Shown: piece after piece, positions 25,601 to 39,300 of the stretch
How positions within the stretch are numbered: the stretch's first letter is position 1
Layout of the letters: every line of letters begins with the position of its first letter
Source of the DNA: Laetmonice hystrix
Lineage: Eukaryota
NCBI GenBank assembly: GCA_965235115.1
Contig: OZ249436.1
Coordinates: 30,444,001 to 30,508,000 of the forward strand
Direction of reading: 5' to 3'
DNA: 64,000 nucleotides
The notes under the pieces: generated by a model
Database searches by the model: none
The model's input: the letters and a program-made list of their open reading frames with translations, nothing else
Told to the model about the DNA's origin: nothing
Position numbers and translations under genes: made by a program

Positions 25601-28283
25601 TAGCAATAGATTATTATTGGATACACTCAGAATTTGTGACCGCAGGGAAGTTTAAGAGAGATTTATTGGCTAAAGATGATGTGGCTTTTCATTTATTAAA
25701 CATGGAGCATTGCATATAGTGGTTTGCGGGTCCCCACTGTACGTTTTTGTGCATTTTTTGCTTTGTACGCTACTCCTCATTGTACTTTGTCCATACAATT
25801 TATATTTACCATATTTAGACTAAAGACTGAAATTCAGTGCTGTGTTAGGATTACCCAACTTTTCTTAAAAAGTATCTTTCATTAGCTGAAAGTTTGCATT
25901 CGTATGACTTAGGAATGATGTTGATTGCAAAACCACTTCGTCATTTTACACAAGTATATTTTTATGTTTAAAAAAAATATTGATACAATGATAGAGGTAA
26001 AAAAAACAGTTTTAACAACTGCATATCTTACTGTTAAAGGGTGTCATTCTTTCTCATAGGTATAACTGTAATAGATATGATGAAGATGACGCAAAGAAGG
26101 CACGGGATGCTCAAGAGGTAAGTTCGGTAAGCATATCGGCATTATCTTGAAGCATTCCTAGGTATTAAGGCAAAAAATATTCTCCAATTTATTGCACTGC
26201 CATGTACAATGCTGCTAAGTTGTTCAGTCAAAACAGTAATGGAATAGCAAAAAAAGTGAACCGTTAAAGTTAATGAACGTTGTCTTTCTGTATTGTTTCC
26301 ATTAACAATTATGAAATTTGGACCATGAGTATTCCTTTGGGGCAAGTATGATTCCAACTTCCCTGCAGAGAATCTTGGCTTTCAGTAGCATTGTGGCTCA
26401 CACGGCACTGCAATAGACTGGGGGACTGTAACTGACAGTTACTTAAAGGGACATTTTTAATGTTGGGTAACCGTAACGGCCTTCCCCTTATCCTTGGATG
26501 ATACCTTGTAGAGTTTATTTTGTGATGTAGTTATAACACATAGGCAGTCGCTTCCTTTTACATGTTCCAATCTTATTTTGTCAAGTTAATTGTTGTAGAG
26601 CCATGTAAGGTTGGATTAATTTCCCCACCAATATATTGGGAGAGAAGATCTTGTGGCCATAGGTTGTGCGTTTGTGCAAGTAAAGCTGCTTAGTTTATCA
26701 AAAGATTTTGTGTATTTAAAAAAAAATTCTTTAAAGTTTTGTTTCTTTTATTCTTTTCAGTAGTGTCCACCAATTAAAGTTGTGAATAGTGGTCCAGTAA
26801 AGATTTTAAAGATTTGTTTTAGCCATGATTCCTGGTTTCTTTGAGCAATTATTCCGTTAATTGGGTTGACGTTTGTTTCAGCGTTCTCGAGCAGCATTAC
26901 AACGTTACCTGTTCTACTGCAATCGCTACATGAACCACATGCAGAGTCTCAAGTTTGAACACAAGGTAAGGAACAACAAATAGCTGTGCAAATTATTATT
27001 ATTATTATTATATTATTATTATTTTCAGTAAAAAAATATTCTACAACACCCATTTCTACATAAACCTTTGGACCGTAAAGAAAGTAATAATTAATGCTGT
27101 TTGCACTTTAGCAAGATCTGTATTGATCTGTATTTTTTTCAGTTATATGCCAGTGTCAAGCTAAAAATGGAGGAGATGCAGCAACACAACATGTCGTGGA
27201 TCGAGGTTCAGTTTCTGAAAAAGGCGGTTGATGTCCTCTGCCAGTGTCGCCAGACTCTGATGTACACCTATGTCTTTGCCTTTTATCTTAAAAAGAATAA
27301 TCAGTCCATCATCTTTGAGGTACGTAAAGCTGTGATAATGAACCAATGTTTTGTATGAAAGAATTGCTCAGAATGGAAGTAAAGCCTCCAGCATCTTTAA
27401 GTTCAGAGATATGTGCATCTATAATTCATGCAAAACCTTTAGTCTTGGAACGTAATATGTACGTATATATTTGAACCTGATGTATGGTAAATAAAAAATA
27501 GTGCGGTCGAATTCTCTTTACAGGAAAATCAGAAAGATGTTGAAAATGCCACTGAGCAGTTGTCCGAGTATCTAGAGCGTGATATCACCTCTGACATGCT
27601 AGTTGACATCAAGCAGAAGGTTCAGGACAAGTACAGGTAAGGCACACACAGTTCAGGTATTTGGTCTCGCTGTACTACAAAGGACAGTTTGCCTCTGTCA
27701 GTTGTAGTACTAGTATGGTGCCACAGGGAGGAAAACTAAAAAAACTAACTTGTTTGTCATGATAAATTGTGCTATTTTTTCAAACAGTTATTGTGCTTTG
27801 TAGAATACTTGAAAGATAACTTTAGGCCCAATCCTTTTTCATGAAATAATGTTCTACAGTAAGCACTTCGAAGGTTGCACCACTGTTGCTCGAGTCACTG
27901 TCCTTTAATAGCGAAGTAAGCTTTGGTAGATCAACGAAGTGGAATTGGAAAACATTCACACTACTTTTGAATTAAAGATATGTTAACTAACTTGATTACG
28001 TTTACTTTTGCATGCAGTTTCCTTTAAATATTTATGTTAGTCAAGGGTGAACTGTTCCGTTCAAAAAGTGGAGGTAACTTTTAAACGTTTGTTAACACCT
28101 TCCGATGCTGCCAAGGAGACGAATTGTTGATGAAGCTTTGTTCCGATGCTGCCAAGGAGACGAATTGTTAACGAAGCTTTGTTCACGTGTTACAGATACT
28201 GTGAGAGCAGACGTAAGGTCCTACTTGATCATGTCCATGAAGGTTATGACAAGGAGCTGTGGGACTACCAGGACCTGCTGTAG
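13667..28283 (+). CDS. ARIH1: Ariadne-1 RBR E3 ubiquitin ligase (acidic N-terminus, UBA-like, RING1, IBR, RING2, Ariadne domain), about 506 or 504 aa depending on RING2 exon
   Basis: Exons, all GT-AG and phase-consistent: 13667-13873, 19782-19849, 20588-20666, 21000-21077, 21341-21433, 21689-21744, 22024-22090, 22330-22436, 22632-22746, [23491-23621 or 25292-25416], 26060-26117, 26882-26965, 27143-27319, 27524-27636, 28196-28283. Diagnostic peptides [82 protein letters not shown]. Candidate AATAAA at 30467-30472. Confidence 0.96.
14360..14569. mobile_element. Non-autonomous hAT-type element with 8-bp TSD
   Basis: Ends caggcctgatgttaag / cttaaaatctggcctg; caagacag duplicated at 14352-14359 and 14570-14577. 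Confidence 0.85.
15420..16539. mobile_element. Non-autonomous CAGGG-ended TIR element with 5-bp TSD, nested
   Basis: TIR cagggctggaatttc / gaaattccagccctg; aaatg on both flanks; subterminal tacttgccc/tactcgtcc repeats. Confidence 0.85.
15653..15875. mobile_element. Tc1/mariner-like MITE with TA TSD, nested in 15420-16539
   Basis: Perfect TIR ccgtatatgtcctatttgccgcgca / tgcgcggcaaataggacatatacgg flanked by TA. Confidence 0.85.
16655..17108. mobile_element. Non-autonomous CAGG-ended TIR element with 6-bp TSD
   Basis: Ends caggcctcgaat / attcgcggcctg; ctagtg at 16649-16654 and 17109-17114; internal gtgccc repeats. Confidence 0.8.
17236..17600. mobile_element. Non-autonomous CAGGG-ended TIR element with 5-bp TSD
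   Basis: TIR cagggttggacaaat / atttgtccaaccctg; aacca on both flanks. Confidence 0.85.
17800..18663. mobile_element. Non-autonomous CAGGG-ended TIR element with 6-bp TSD, containing an internal foldback MITE (18024-18288)
   Basis: TIR cagggcttccgctag / ctagcggaagccctg; gtaaag on both flanks; internal long inverted repeat tttacttttccaccgtgagcaag / cttgctcacggtggaaaagtaaa. Confidence 0.85.
19352..19656. mobile_element. MITE
   Basis: Perfect 17-bp TIR gggcgtgtttgtttcac / gtgaaacaaacacgccc; CpG-rich interior with internal repeats. Confidence 0.75.
23491..23621 (+). CDS. ARIH1: ARIH1 RING2 exon, variant A ([44 protein letters not shown])
   Basis: ttcag|GAA ... TG|gtaagt; 131 nt, phase 0 to phase 2. 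Confidence 0.92.
25292..25416 (+). CDS. ARIH1: ARIH1 RING2 exon, variant B ([42 protein letters not shown])
   Basis: gacag|GAA ... TG|gtatgt; 125 nt, phase 0 to phase 2; all Zn ligands and the catalytic Cys retained. Confidence 0.9.
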
Positions 28284-31200
28284 AGCCACAGCTACACAAC
28301 TTAAGCGACCAACAAGACTTGAATGTGATCAGGCACTTCATGTGACTAACAACAACATTGTACAGACAAATCAACACTTGCTGCAACATACCAAACTTTG
28401 TTATAAATTCATGAGATTAACTGATTCCAAGGGCTGCAGCATTGCAAGATCAGTGACATGAAGAAAAGCTGTGCATAATCAGTAATTAAGAATTAATTAA
28501 GAGGGTATTTAAATGAAAACGATAGAAAATATAAATGAAGCCATGGAGTGTGTTGTGGTGCTGTGAGAAAGGACAAAATTTTTACTCTCAGGGTGATTAG
28601 GTGAGAGTGAACTGTTAAGTTAAAAAAAAACAAAAGGTAATGCAGTACATGAACAGATAGAGTCGCCGCTGTCTGGCATGCAGTTAACAAGGCATCCTTT
28701 GCCAGAGATCTTACGAAACGAAAATACATGCTATTTGTGATGTGCATCCTAAACTGTTGTCCTCGACTCTGATCCTGTTTCATGAAGACATGCTGTAGTC
28801 AATAGGAAGATACAAAAACTGGCCGGCAATTTCTATCAGATATTTACACCCAACACATGTTTAGCATTGAAAATGTTAAACATTTTTCATTTGATCTACA
28901 AGATTTTGTGTAAATCAAAGAGAAATCATCAAATAATAGCTCGATTAATTCACTGGAATTGAAATGGGAGGAAAGGGGCGGCGGTGGTAATGACACAAAG
29001 TGCAGTTGTTGTATTTATCTGATCGTAACCCTCTTCAAGATGTTGCGTTAGAGCCTAATGATCACATGGCAAGGTCTGCAGGATGACATTGTGAGCCAAG
29101 TGTGGTATTTTACAAAGATCAACGTGTCTACGGTCAGAAGTTAGGTCCCGAGTCTGTTGACGACGAACCCTATTTATTTACTATGGAAAAAAATATAGCT
29201 CGGATTTGAAGAAAATATATTCTTACATTTTGAGCAACCAAATATCGGATATACCCGTTGTACTGCTCCAATAATGTGAAAGCACTCAGTGTTTATTTCC
29301 GTCAAGCATGTCACTCAGCTCTTGAGCATATGAAAGCAGGTATTCATTTTTCATTCTCAACAACTGAACCTATTTAGGGGTCCCGCACTGTCTGAATCGT
29401 TTGGTGTGGAAGGTAAAGGCTGCAACCAATCGATGCTTTGTGCCTTGGTGATGAAATTGAACCGGGCGTCCGCTTATATTGGTATTTGATTTGACCAAAA
29501 AAAAGTTTTTCTATTTTATTGTAATTATTAAATCCACAAGTACTGCATATAATCAGTGGTTGTCATATAATTATGTTGATGGACTGTTGTCAAGTGATAC
29601 TACAGCCTCATGCCATGATAGCAGTTTACTGCCGGACTGCCCATTTATGCGAGTTTGTATTGGCCGTCATGTTGGTACTAATGAAGGATGGTCACGTTGT
29701 AATTAAAATTGAATGAAAGCAAGCGCTGTTGTAAATAGCACTGTTTGTATGAAAATACCGGTAACCATTATTAATGTCATGAAAATGAGGAGGTGTAACG
29801 TGAAATAGTTGGGAGCTATCACCATACCACAATCTTGAGTTGAAACCCTTGGTATTGATGCCCACCCAGTCAGTAGAATCTCCAATACCAAGCATTTAGT
29901 TCCATTTTGACGTGCCTCTTGTTTATGTTGCTCCGGGTACAGACTGCCCTCGCCGTGCAGTTTCGTCCACCTTTAAACACAACTCCTTTTTCTGCATGTG
30001 ACGTGTTGTTTCGTGCTCGCGATGGTGAGAGATCACGAGGAATCTTATGTCAGTCACCAATCTCCGCTAGTCTCCCATTTACCCCTAATTTGTTATGGAA
30101 AAAATGTTTTCACACCAAAAACGGCCTGTTTGTATTCACTGCTCACACTTATTGAAAATAAGCCTTTTTTAAGTAATTATGGAAATGGGAATTTGTAAAC
30201 AAGTATGAAAATGATTTTAAAAAGGTTGCTTTTTTAAAATGTTACTTCCTAAACTATCCAGAACAAGGTATATCTTCTTTATCATGCGCCATTAGAAGTA
30301 TGTTGCGGATACTTAATATATATCTCAAGGTAAATTATTGGGTAGACTAATCTATTTCTGATTAGTACACTTCTTTTTGGAGGTTATCTTTTTTTGTTAT
30401 ATTTTTTCTTCCTCGTGTATCTAAGCAAGGGGACGCTTTGTTTCTTGTTTCAGTTTAGATAATAACAATAAATGTGTATGAATTTCAGTACTTCAGAGTA
30501 TACACCAAAGTAGTCCATGCTTGTGGCTCATAAAGGATTCAGACAAACGGTAATACGCTGTTATAAGGATTTAGTGCAGATGGTACATGTATGTGAATAA
30601 TTCCTCCTCAGAATCCATGTTTATAAACGTGTTTACGTTGTCTGAATGACCGCGAAGGATGAGAGAGTTCATCCGAATGTCATTACGTAGAACCAGAACC
30701 AAAGGTTTAATTATTCCAGACAATAATTTCATGAGATGAAGCATTTTCGAAACTGTATGCAACAATTGACCGGCAATTACTTTGACAGTAGTAGGAGCAG
30801 CCTCGCCACAACCATAGCACCAGTTGTAACCTATTTATTAACTGTTACCGGCGTTTGGTAGTAACACCAGGTAGCAGGCCCCCCTCATGTCCATCCCCTA
30901 CCTCTGTCCTGTCGCGGTACGCGGCCGCATGCCACGGTCACACGCCTGCTGCCGTGTTACAAGCTGGTCAAACTGTGTACTATTTCCTTCCGCATTCTGG
31001 CCGCTCAGCAGCCAGCGTGGGCCTCGAGTGTCTGTCAGAACCACACGGATGTAGATAACCATTGGATTACTTAAAATAAACTATTAGAAAATACAATTTA
31101 CGTCTGGGTTTTTTGGTTCTGTTATCTAGGCACACTCAGCCACTAGTCTATGTCTTGCAGTTCCTTCCGAAGTTGTCAGCATGGGCGGCACCTAAACCAT

Positions 31201-32391
31201 CGACACTACAAAATGTCAGTCCGAGGTCGTTTGGTTGTGTGGGTGTCTAGTAACCCCCCTTGGGTCCAGCCTTACAAAAGATTATAGACTTTTTCTTTAA
31301 ATATAACCTTTATTGGAGCCACACAAAGGGTGCTGATACCCCCCAGGCCACTTGGCAGGATACGGCCCTGACATTGACAGTAATTCTGAAATCCGGCCCC
31401 ACATTCACACAGACAAAGATGTTGCTGAACGTGGTCGATCTTCCCGCCTCCCGACATCGTTTGTGTGCCAATTCGAGACTGCGTCATCTGTAAGCGTGAA
31501 CAAAATAGTCAATAGGGGCTGTTCCTTTTGATGTGTATACATTTTTGCCAGAGAACTCGCTTTTTTCCGTGGTCGTGGTCGGGGTAGAAAGTCAACTCGC
31601 GCTGGCTTGGTTAGATCTACTTTGAAGTGACATGTGTCCCGCCACCTTGTGATTGTTGACTGAATTAGAAAATTATATCTATATCTTCCGACAGCTCTAT
31701 AGCTGATTCATGTGGCTCAAGCCAAATTCCACCGACACCATGAATTCTGATATTGACATGTGCTGCACGCATCCACACGCGCTAACTTTACAGAGGCGGG
31801 CGAACAGGAAATCGTCCTTGGTGTGCCCAATGATGAGAACGCCACCTGGTGTGAGCCGATTGCACGAGACGAACATGTATACGCGGGGGTCTGGGGGTCT
31901 CCTATAGATATAATTTTTGAATTTAGAATGCAAACCCCCCCGCTATTTCCCGGCATCTGGAGATAGAAATTGTGAAGTTTCTCAATTAAAAGGCCTATAT
32001 AGCCTACCAATATTTGTTGTCACTTCTTCAGAAAGGGCGGGGGGGGGGGGGGGGCTTCGCGCGCCCCTTGGATCGGCGCCTGGTATGGGTGTTTTTTTTC
32101 TTGTGTTTGGGTGTGTGTATGTGGTTACGCCACTGATTCTTAAGAAGCAAAATGGCGCAACATGAAAAATGCAAACCTTCAGAACACAACTGTTATATAG
32201 GCCTATAGAAGTGTAGAATTACGGACTGTCAATTGTGCAAACTGTGCGCAACAAAGGCTCGATCGTCTGATGCTTGGAAACCCTGTCGTATAGATAGCAC
32301 ACCATGTCGAACAGAGTCCAAGGGCATGTGTAAGTACGTGAGTGATGAGAATGCCAAAGTAGGTAATTCATGGTGAGAGTAGGTCCTACAT

Positions 32392-34348
32392 CGCGTTATG
32401 AGCCTTGCCCACGCATGCAGAGACAACAGGATAACGCGTTATGAGCCTTGCCCACGCATGCAGAGACAACAGGATAACGCGTTATGAGCCTTGCCCACGC
32501 ATGCAGAGACAACAGGATAACGCGTTATGAGCCTTGCCCACGCATGCAGAGACAACAGGACAACGCGTTATGAGCCTTGCCCACGCAGAGACAACAGGAC
32601 AACGCGTTATGAGCCTTGCCCACGCAGAGACAACAGGACAACGCGTTATGAGCCTTGCCCACGCAGAGACAACAGGACAACGCGTTATGAGCCTTGCCCA
32701 CGCAGAGACAACAGGACAACGCGTTATGAGCCTTGCCCACGCAGAGACAACAGGACAACGCGTTATGAGCCTTGCCCACGCATGCAGAGACAACAGGATA
32801 ACGCGTTATGAGCCTTGCCCACGCATGCAGAGACAACAGGGCAACGCGTTATGAGCCTTGCCCACGCAGAGACAACAGGACAACGCGTTATGAGCCTTGC
32901 CCACGCAGAGACAACAGGACAACGCGTTATGAGCCTTGCCCACGCAGAGACAACAGGACAACGCGTTATGAGCCTTGCCCACGCAGAGACAACAGGACAA
33001 CGCGTTATGAGCCTTGCCCACGCAGAGACAACAGGACAACGCGTTATGAGCCTTGCCCACGCAGAGACAACAGGACAACGCGTTATGAGCCTTGCCCACG
33101 CAGGGACAACAGGATAACGCGTTATGAGCCTTGCCCACGCAGAGACAACAGGACAACGCGTTATGAGCCTTGCCCACGCAGAGACAACAGGACAACGCGT
33201 TATGAGCCTTGCCCACGCAGAGACAACAGGACAACGCGTTATGAGCCTTGCCCACGCAGAGACAACAGGACAACGCGTTATGAGCCTTGCCCACGCAGAG
33301 ACAACAGGACAACGCGTTATGAGCCTTGCCCACGCAGAGACAACAGGACAACGCGTTATGAGCCTTGCCCACGCATGCAGAGACAACAGGATAACGCGTT
33401 ATGAGCCTTGCCCACGCAGAGACAACAGGATAACGCGTTATGAGCCTTGCCCACGCATGCAGAGACAACAGGATAACGCGTTATGAGCCTTGCCCACGCA
33501 TACAGAGACAACAGGATAACGCGTTATGAGCCTTGCCCACGCAGAGACAACAGGACAACGCGTTATGAGCCTTGCCCACGCAGAGACAACAGGACAACGC
33601 GTTATGAGCCTTGCCCACGCATGCAGAGACAACAGGGTAACGCGTTATGAGCCTTGCCCACGCATGCAGAGACAACAGGATAACGCGTTATGAGCCTTGC
33701 CCACGCATGCAGAGACAACAGGATAACGCGTTATGAGCCTTGCCCACGCATGCAGAGACAACAGGATAACGCGTTATGAGCCTTGCCCACGCATGCAGAG
33801 ACAACAGGATAACGCGTTATGAGCCTTGCCCACGCATGCAGAGACAACAGGATAACGCGTTATGAGCCTTGCCCACGCATGCAGAGACAACAGGATAACG
33901 CGTTATGAGCCTTGCCCACGCATGCAGAGACAACAGGATAACGCGTTATGAGCCTTGCCCACGCATGCAGAGACAACAGGATAACGCGTTATGAGCCTTG
34001 CCCACGCATGCAGAGACAACAGGATAACGCGTTATGAGCCTTGCCCACGCATGCAGAGACAACAGGATAACGCGTTATGAGCCTTGCCCACGCAGATACA
34101 ACAGGACAACGCGTTATGAGCCTTGCCCACGCAGAGACAACAGGGCAACGCGTTATGAGCCTTGCCCACGCAGAGACAACAGGATAACGCGTTATGAGCC
34201 TTGCCCACGCAGAGACAACAGGATAACGCGTTATGAGCCTTGCCCACGCAGAGACAACAGGATAACGCGTTATGAGCCTTGCCCACGCAGAGACAACAGG
34301 ATAACGCGTTATGAGCCTTGCCCACGCAGAGCTAGACAACAGGATAAC
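32392..34348. repeat. Minisatellite with 39/43-bp units (cgcgttatgagccttgcccacgc[atgc]agagacaacaggayaa), roughly 48 copies
   Basis: Directly visible tandem array; the two unit lengths differ by a 4-bp atgc insertion. Confidence 0.98.
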
Positions 34349-34550
34349 CCAGTCAAGAGCCCCAAGATATTATTCCCCATAAGGCTGGCTATAGGCCTAT
34401 CCAGTGATATGCCCATTTATTATATGCCTTTGTAAATTTCAAAAGGCTGCTTTCATCCAATATGATATTGCAAGTTTGACATATAGAGCTTCTTGTTTTA
34501 AGTTTGTTCAGCGGATGGCGCCAAAAGAGTTTATTCGCAGTCCACATGTA

Positions 34551-35164
34551 GGAAAGTAGTGTAATATGGACCACCTAAGGAAAATTGAGAATTATGAAAA
34601 AATGTAAAAGTGTATCAATTATATCCAGGTATATTTTATTTAAACACGAATCAAGTGACCTAGCTTCTCAAACAGAGAAAACCTTTAAAAAAAATTAAAA
34701 TTGGAAGATATTTGGCAACAAAATTTCTTACAATTATGGTCCATATTACACAGCATGTGTGTAATATGGACCGTCCAAAATTGTAATAATATAACCCCCA
34801 CGAAATTTGGTCAAAAAAGGGCACCGTGACCTAACATTTAACATGCGTTGAGGCCGAAAGCCCATCTCATCATTGTATGCACAACTTATCGCATTGCATG
34901 AATTATCACCAAACTAGATCCAGCAGTGGTAGCCTTTGGAAGCTCTTAATGTTTATGACATTGGAAAATTACACCCAACTGCCATATTTTAGACTTTAGG
35001 GTAGGGCTTTAGTGTAACTGTGTTTATTCAGTAACTTGCCACGTTGTAGTAGTTATTATGGCCGTGTGTTCCATGACGTACGATTTGGTGCTGCTATCTA
35101 TAGGCGAAATGCTGTAACTATGCATGGTCCATATTACCTGAGGGTCCATATTACACTACTTTCC
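34551..35164. mobile_element. Non-autonomous TIR element
   Basis: TIR ggaaagtagtgtaatatggacc / ggtccatattacactactttcc; internal copies of ggtccatattac. Confidence 0.75.
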
Positions 35165-36379
35165 CTACGAAAATAAAAAAAAGCACAATGAATTCATTAT
35201 TAAAGAAAAGAAAAGAAAAACATATAAAATGTTCCGCCCCTAATGCATTCCTATGAGCAGATGATAGAGTGGGCAATTTCTGTGAGCATGAAATCGTTAT
35301 ACGAATGCTCAGGTGTGTCCTCGTATGTTTACTTAGGGAAATTGATGCCTCTTCGAACACACACACGAGATGCAGCGCCACTCAACTGTATACTACACCG
35401 GTTTCTTTTACTGTGTGCACACCCATACTTATTGATTACAAGTCTAAAGATGTATCGGAAATGAAATGGCTGAAAGGTAGTTCTCATGTTGTTGGAGTTT
35501 ACTTGAAAAGAACAAAACCAACCTTCAGCTATTCGGGTCCTAAAAAGAGAATGTAATCAAAGCTATGGCATCCCTAGAATATAAGGTATAAAAAAAAACT
35601 ATAAATTATTATTCTATAATAGCCAGCCGTGATAGCCATACATCAAGTCGGGAAATTTGCAAATTATGTTGGCCTATAATAAAGTAGAGTTTGTGTTAGG
35701 GTGATAAAAGCAACATGCGATGATACAGTCCTGGCGATTACAATGTTGTTCAGTAGTAGTGTAGGGGGCAGTAGGCCTATAGTTAGCCCCGTTCAATCTA
35801 AAGTTTTCACGCCATATGTCGATGATGGAATGATGTGAGATGAGATGCATCATGATTTCATCACCCAATAATAACACGTCATAACGGGATGAGGGTTCTT
35901 CACTGGAGAAAAGTATGGAACGAGATGCCTCGCGCATGAATACGGCACGACATCGAAGGTAGAATGCCGTATTCATGCGCCGGGCATCGAGTGGCATATT
36001 ATTATTCCTAGGTCTGTTTTTGTATCTATGAACCATGTTCCGTGCTCTACCTCAAGCAACCCCCCCCCCCCCCCCCCAATATATTATCTGTTCCGCCGCA
36101 TTATCTGTTCTACTGTGAGGAGAGTTCAGAGTCTGTATCATACAAGAAGCCTGTAACTGCTGGTGCATTCCATTATTTATCTGACTCCGTACATGGAGCT
36201 ACATAGGTGAATAGAAAAATACTCCTGTGATACATAATGAATGAGTTCTTTTGTGCATCCTTGAACAGAAGTGCTGGCCCGAGTTGGCCAAACCGTGATA
36301 CCGTGATAGCAAACTGTCCACTGAACAGGTCCCCGATCGACACAGGTGGAGGCAGTTCGCAAACATCGTTCCGATGGTC

Positions 36380-39300
36380 ACTCGGTAACACCTACTGTGA
36401 AGGCAGCGGCTGGGAGCGTCATACTAATTATAATGGTACCGTAACTCGGTAATTACTGTGAAGGCAGCGGCTGGGAGCGTCATACTAATTATAATGGTAC
36501 CGTAACTCGGTAACACCTACTGTGAAGGCAGCGGCTGGGAGCGTCATACTAATTATAATAATACCGTAACTCGGTAACACCTACTGTGAAGGCAGCGGCT
36601 GGGAGCGTCATACTAATTATAATGGTACCGTAACTCGGTAACACCTACTGTGAAGGCAGCGGCTGGGAGCGTCATACTAATTATAATGGTACCGTAACTC
36701 AGTAGTTACTGTGAAGGCAGCGGCTGGGAGCAACATACTAATTAATGGTAACTCGGTAGTTACTGTGAAGAGAGCGACTGGGAGTATCATGAATGCAATG
36801 GTAACTCGGTTAACTGTTATGTTGATGGGAACATACGGGAGCATCATACCGCAATGGTAACTCGGTATAACTGTTATCTTGATGGGAGCGGACGGAAGCA
36901 TCATACCAATGATAACTCGGTAACTTATAGGCCCTACCGTATAGGCCTAGATAACGACTGGGAGCATCATGTCAATGGTAACTCGGTAACTTATACCGTA
37001 ACGACTGGGAGCATCATACCAATGGTAACTCGGTAACTTATACCGTATAGATAACGACTGGGAGCATCATGCCAATGGTAACTCGGTAACTTATACCGTA
37101 ACGACTGGGATCATCATGCCAATGGTAACTCGGTAACTTATACCGTATAGATAACGACTGGGATCATCATGCCAATGGTAACTCGGTAACTTATACCGTA
37201 TAGATAACGACTGGGATCATCATGCCAATGGTAACTCGGTAACTTATACCGTATAGATAACGACTGGGAGCATCATGCCAATGGTAACTCGGTAACTTAT
37301 ACCGTAACGACTGGGAGCATCATGCCAATGGTAACTCGGTAACTTATACCGTATAGATAACGACTGGGAGCATCATGCCAATGATAACTCGGTAACTTAT
37401 ACCGTAACGACTGGGAGCATCATGCCAATGGTAACTCGGTAACTTATATACCGTATAGATAACGACTGGGAGCATCATACCAATGGTAACTCGGTAACTT
37501 ATACCGTATAGATAACGACTGGGAGCATCATGCCAATGGTAACTCGGTAACTTATACCGTATAGATAACGACTGAGAGCATCATGCCAATGGTAACTCGG
37601 TAACTTATACCGTATATATAACGACTGGGAGCATCATGCCAATGGTAACTCGGTAACTTATACCGTATAGATAACGACTGAGAGCATCATGCCAATAGTA
37701 ACTCGGTAACTTATACCGTAACGACTGGGAGCATCATGCCAATGGTAACTCGGTAACTTATACCGTATATATAACGACTGGGAGCATCATGCCAATGGTA
37801 ACTCGGTAACTTATACCGTATAGATAACGTCTGGGATCATCATGCCAATGGTAACTCGGTAACTTATACCGTATAGATAACGACTGGGATCATCATGCCA
37901 ATGGTAACTCGGTAACTTATACCGTAACGACTGGGAGCATCATGCCAATGGTAACTCGGTAACTTATACCGTATAGATAACGACTGGGAGCATCATGCCA
38001 ATGGTAACTCGGTAACTTATACCGTATAGATAACGACTGGGAGCATCATGCCAATGGTAACTCGGTAACTTATACCGTAACGACTGGGATCATCATGCCA
38101 TTGGTAACTCGGTAACTTATATACCGTATAGATAACGACTGGGAGCATCATGCCAATGGTAACTCGGTAACTTATACCGTATAGATAACGACTGGGAGCA
38201 TCATACCAATGGTAACTCGGTAACTTATACCGTATAGATAACAACTGGGAGCATCATACCAATGGTAACTCGGTAACTTATACCGTATAGATAACGAATG
38301 GGATCATCATGCCAATGGTAACTCGGTAACTTATACCGTATAGATAACGACTGGGAGCATCATACCAATGGTAACTCGGTAACTTATACCGTATAGATAA
38401 CGACTGGGAGCATCATGCCAATGGTAACTCGGTAACTTATACCGTATAGATAACGACTGGGATCATCATGCCAATGGTAACTCGGTAACTTATACCGTAT
38501 AGATAACAACTGGGAGCATCATACCAATGGTAACTCGGTAACTTATACCGTAACGACTGGGAGCATCATGCCAATGGTAACTCGGTAACTTATACCGTAA
38601 CGACTGGGAGCATCATACCAATGGTAACTCGGTAACTTATACCGTATATATAACGACTGGGAGCATCATGCCAATTGTAACTCGGTAACTTATACCGTAA
38701 CGACTGGGAGCATCGTGCCAATGGTAACTCGGTAACTTATACCGTATAGATAACGACTGGGAGCATCATGCCAATGGTAACTCGGTAACTTATACCGTAT
38801 AGATAACAACTGGGAGCATCATACCAATGGTAACTCGGTAACTTATACCGTATAGATAACGACTGGGAGCATCATGCCAATGGTAACTCGGTAACTTATA
38901 CCGTAACGACTGGGAGCATCATGCCAATGGTAACTCGGTAACTTATACCGTAACGACTGGGAGCATCATGCCAATGGTAACTCGGTAACTTATACCGTAT
39001 AGATAACGACTGAGAGCATCATGCCAATGGTAACTCGGTAACTTATACCGTATAGATAACGACTGGGAGCATCATGCCAATGGTAACTCGGTAACTTATA
39101 CCGTAACGACTGGGAGCATCATGCCAATGGTAACTCGGTAACTTATACCGTAACGACTGGGAGCATCATACCAATGGTAACTCGGTAACTTATACCGTAT
39201 AGATAACGACTGAGAGCATCATGCCAATGGTAACTCGGTAACTTATACTGTATAGATAACGACTGGGAGCATCATGCCAATGGTAACTCGGTAACTTATA

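Noticed and set aside
28100..28182. 41-bp tandem duplication before the last ARIH1 exon, and ORF 28105-28461
   Set aside because: The duplication is intronic and leaves the acceptor intact; the ORF is out of frame with the real exon.
32392..34348. CRISPR-like array, or repeat-protein ORFs (AWARLITRCPVVS etc.)
   Set aside because: Units are contiguous with no unique spacers, no cas genes are present and the context is eukaryotic. The ORFs arise because the 39-bp unit lacks stops in several frames, and the 43-bp units break them.
35674..36391. Minus-strand ORFs of 120 aa and 72 aa
   Set aside because: No recognisable motif and no consistent splice chain could be built.
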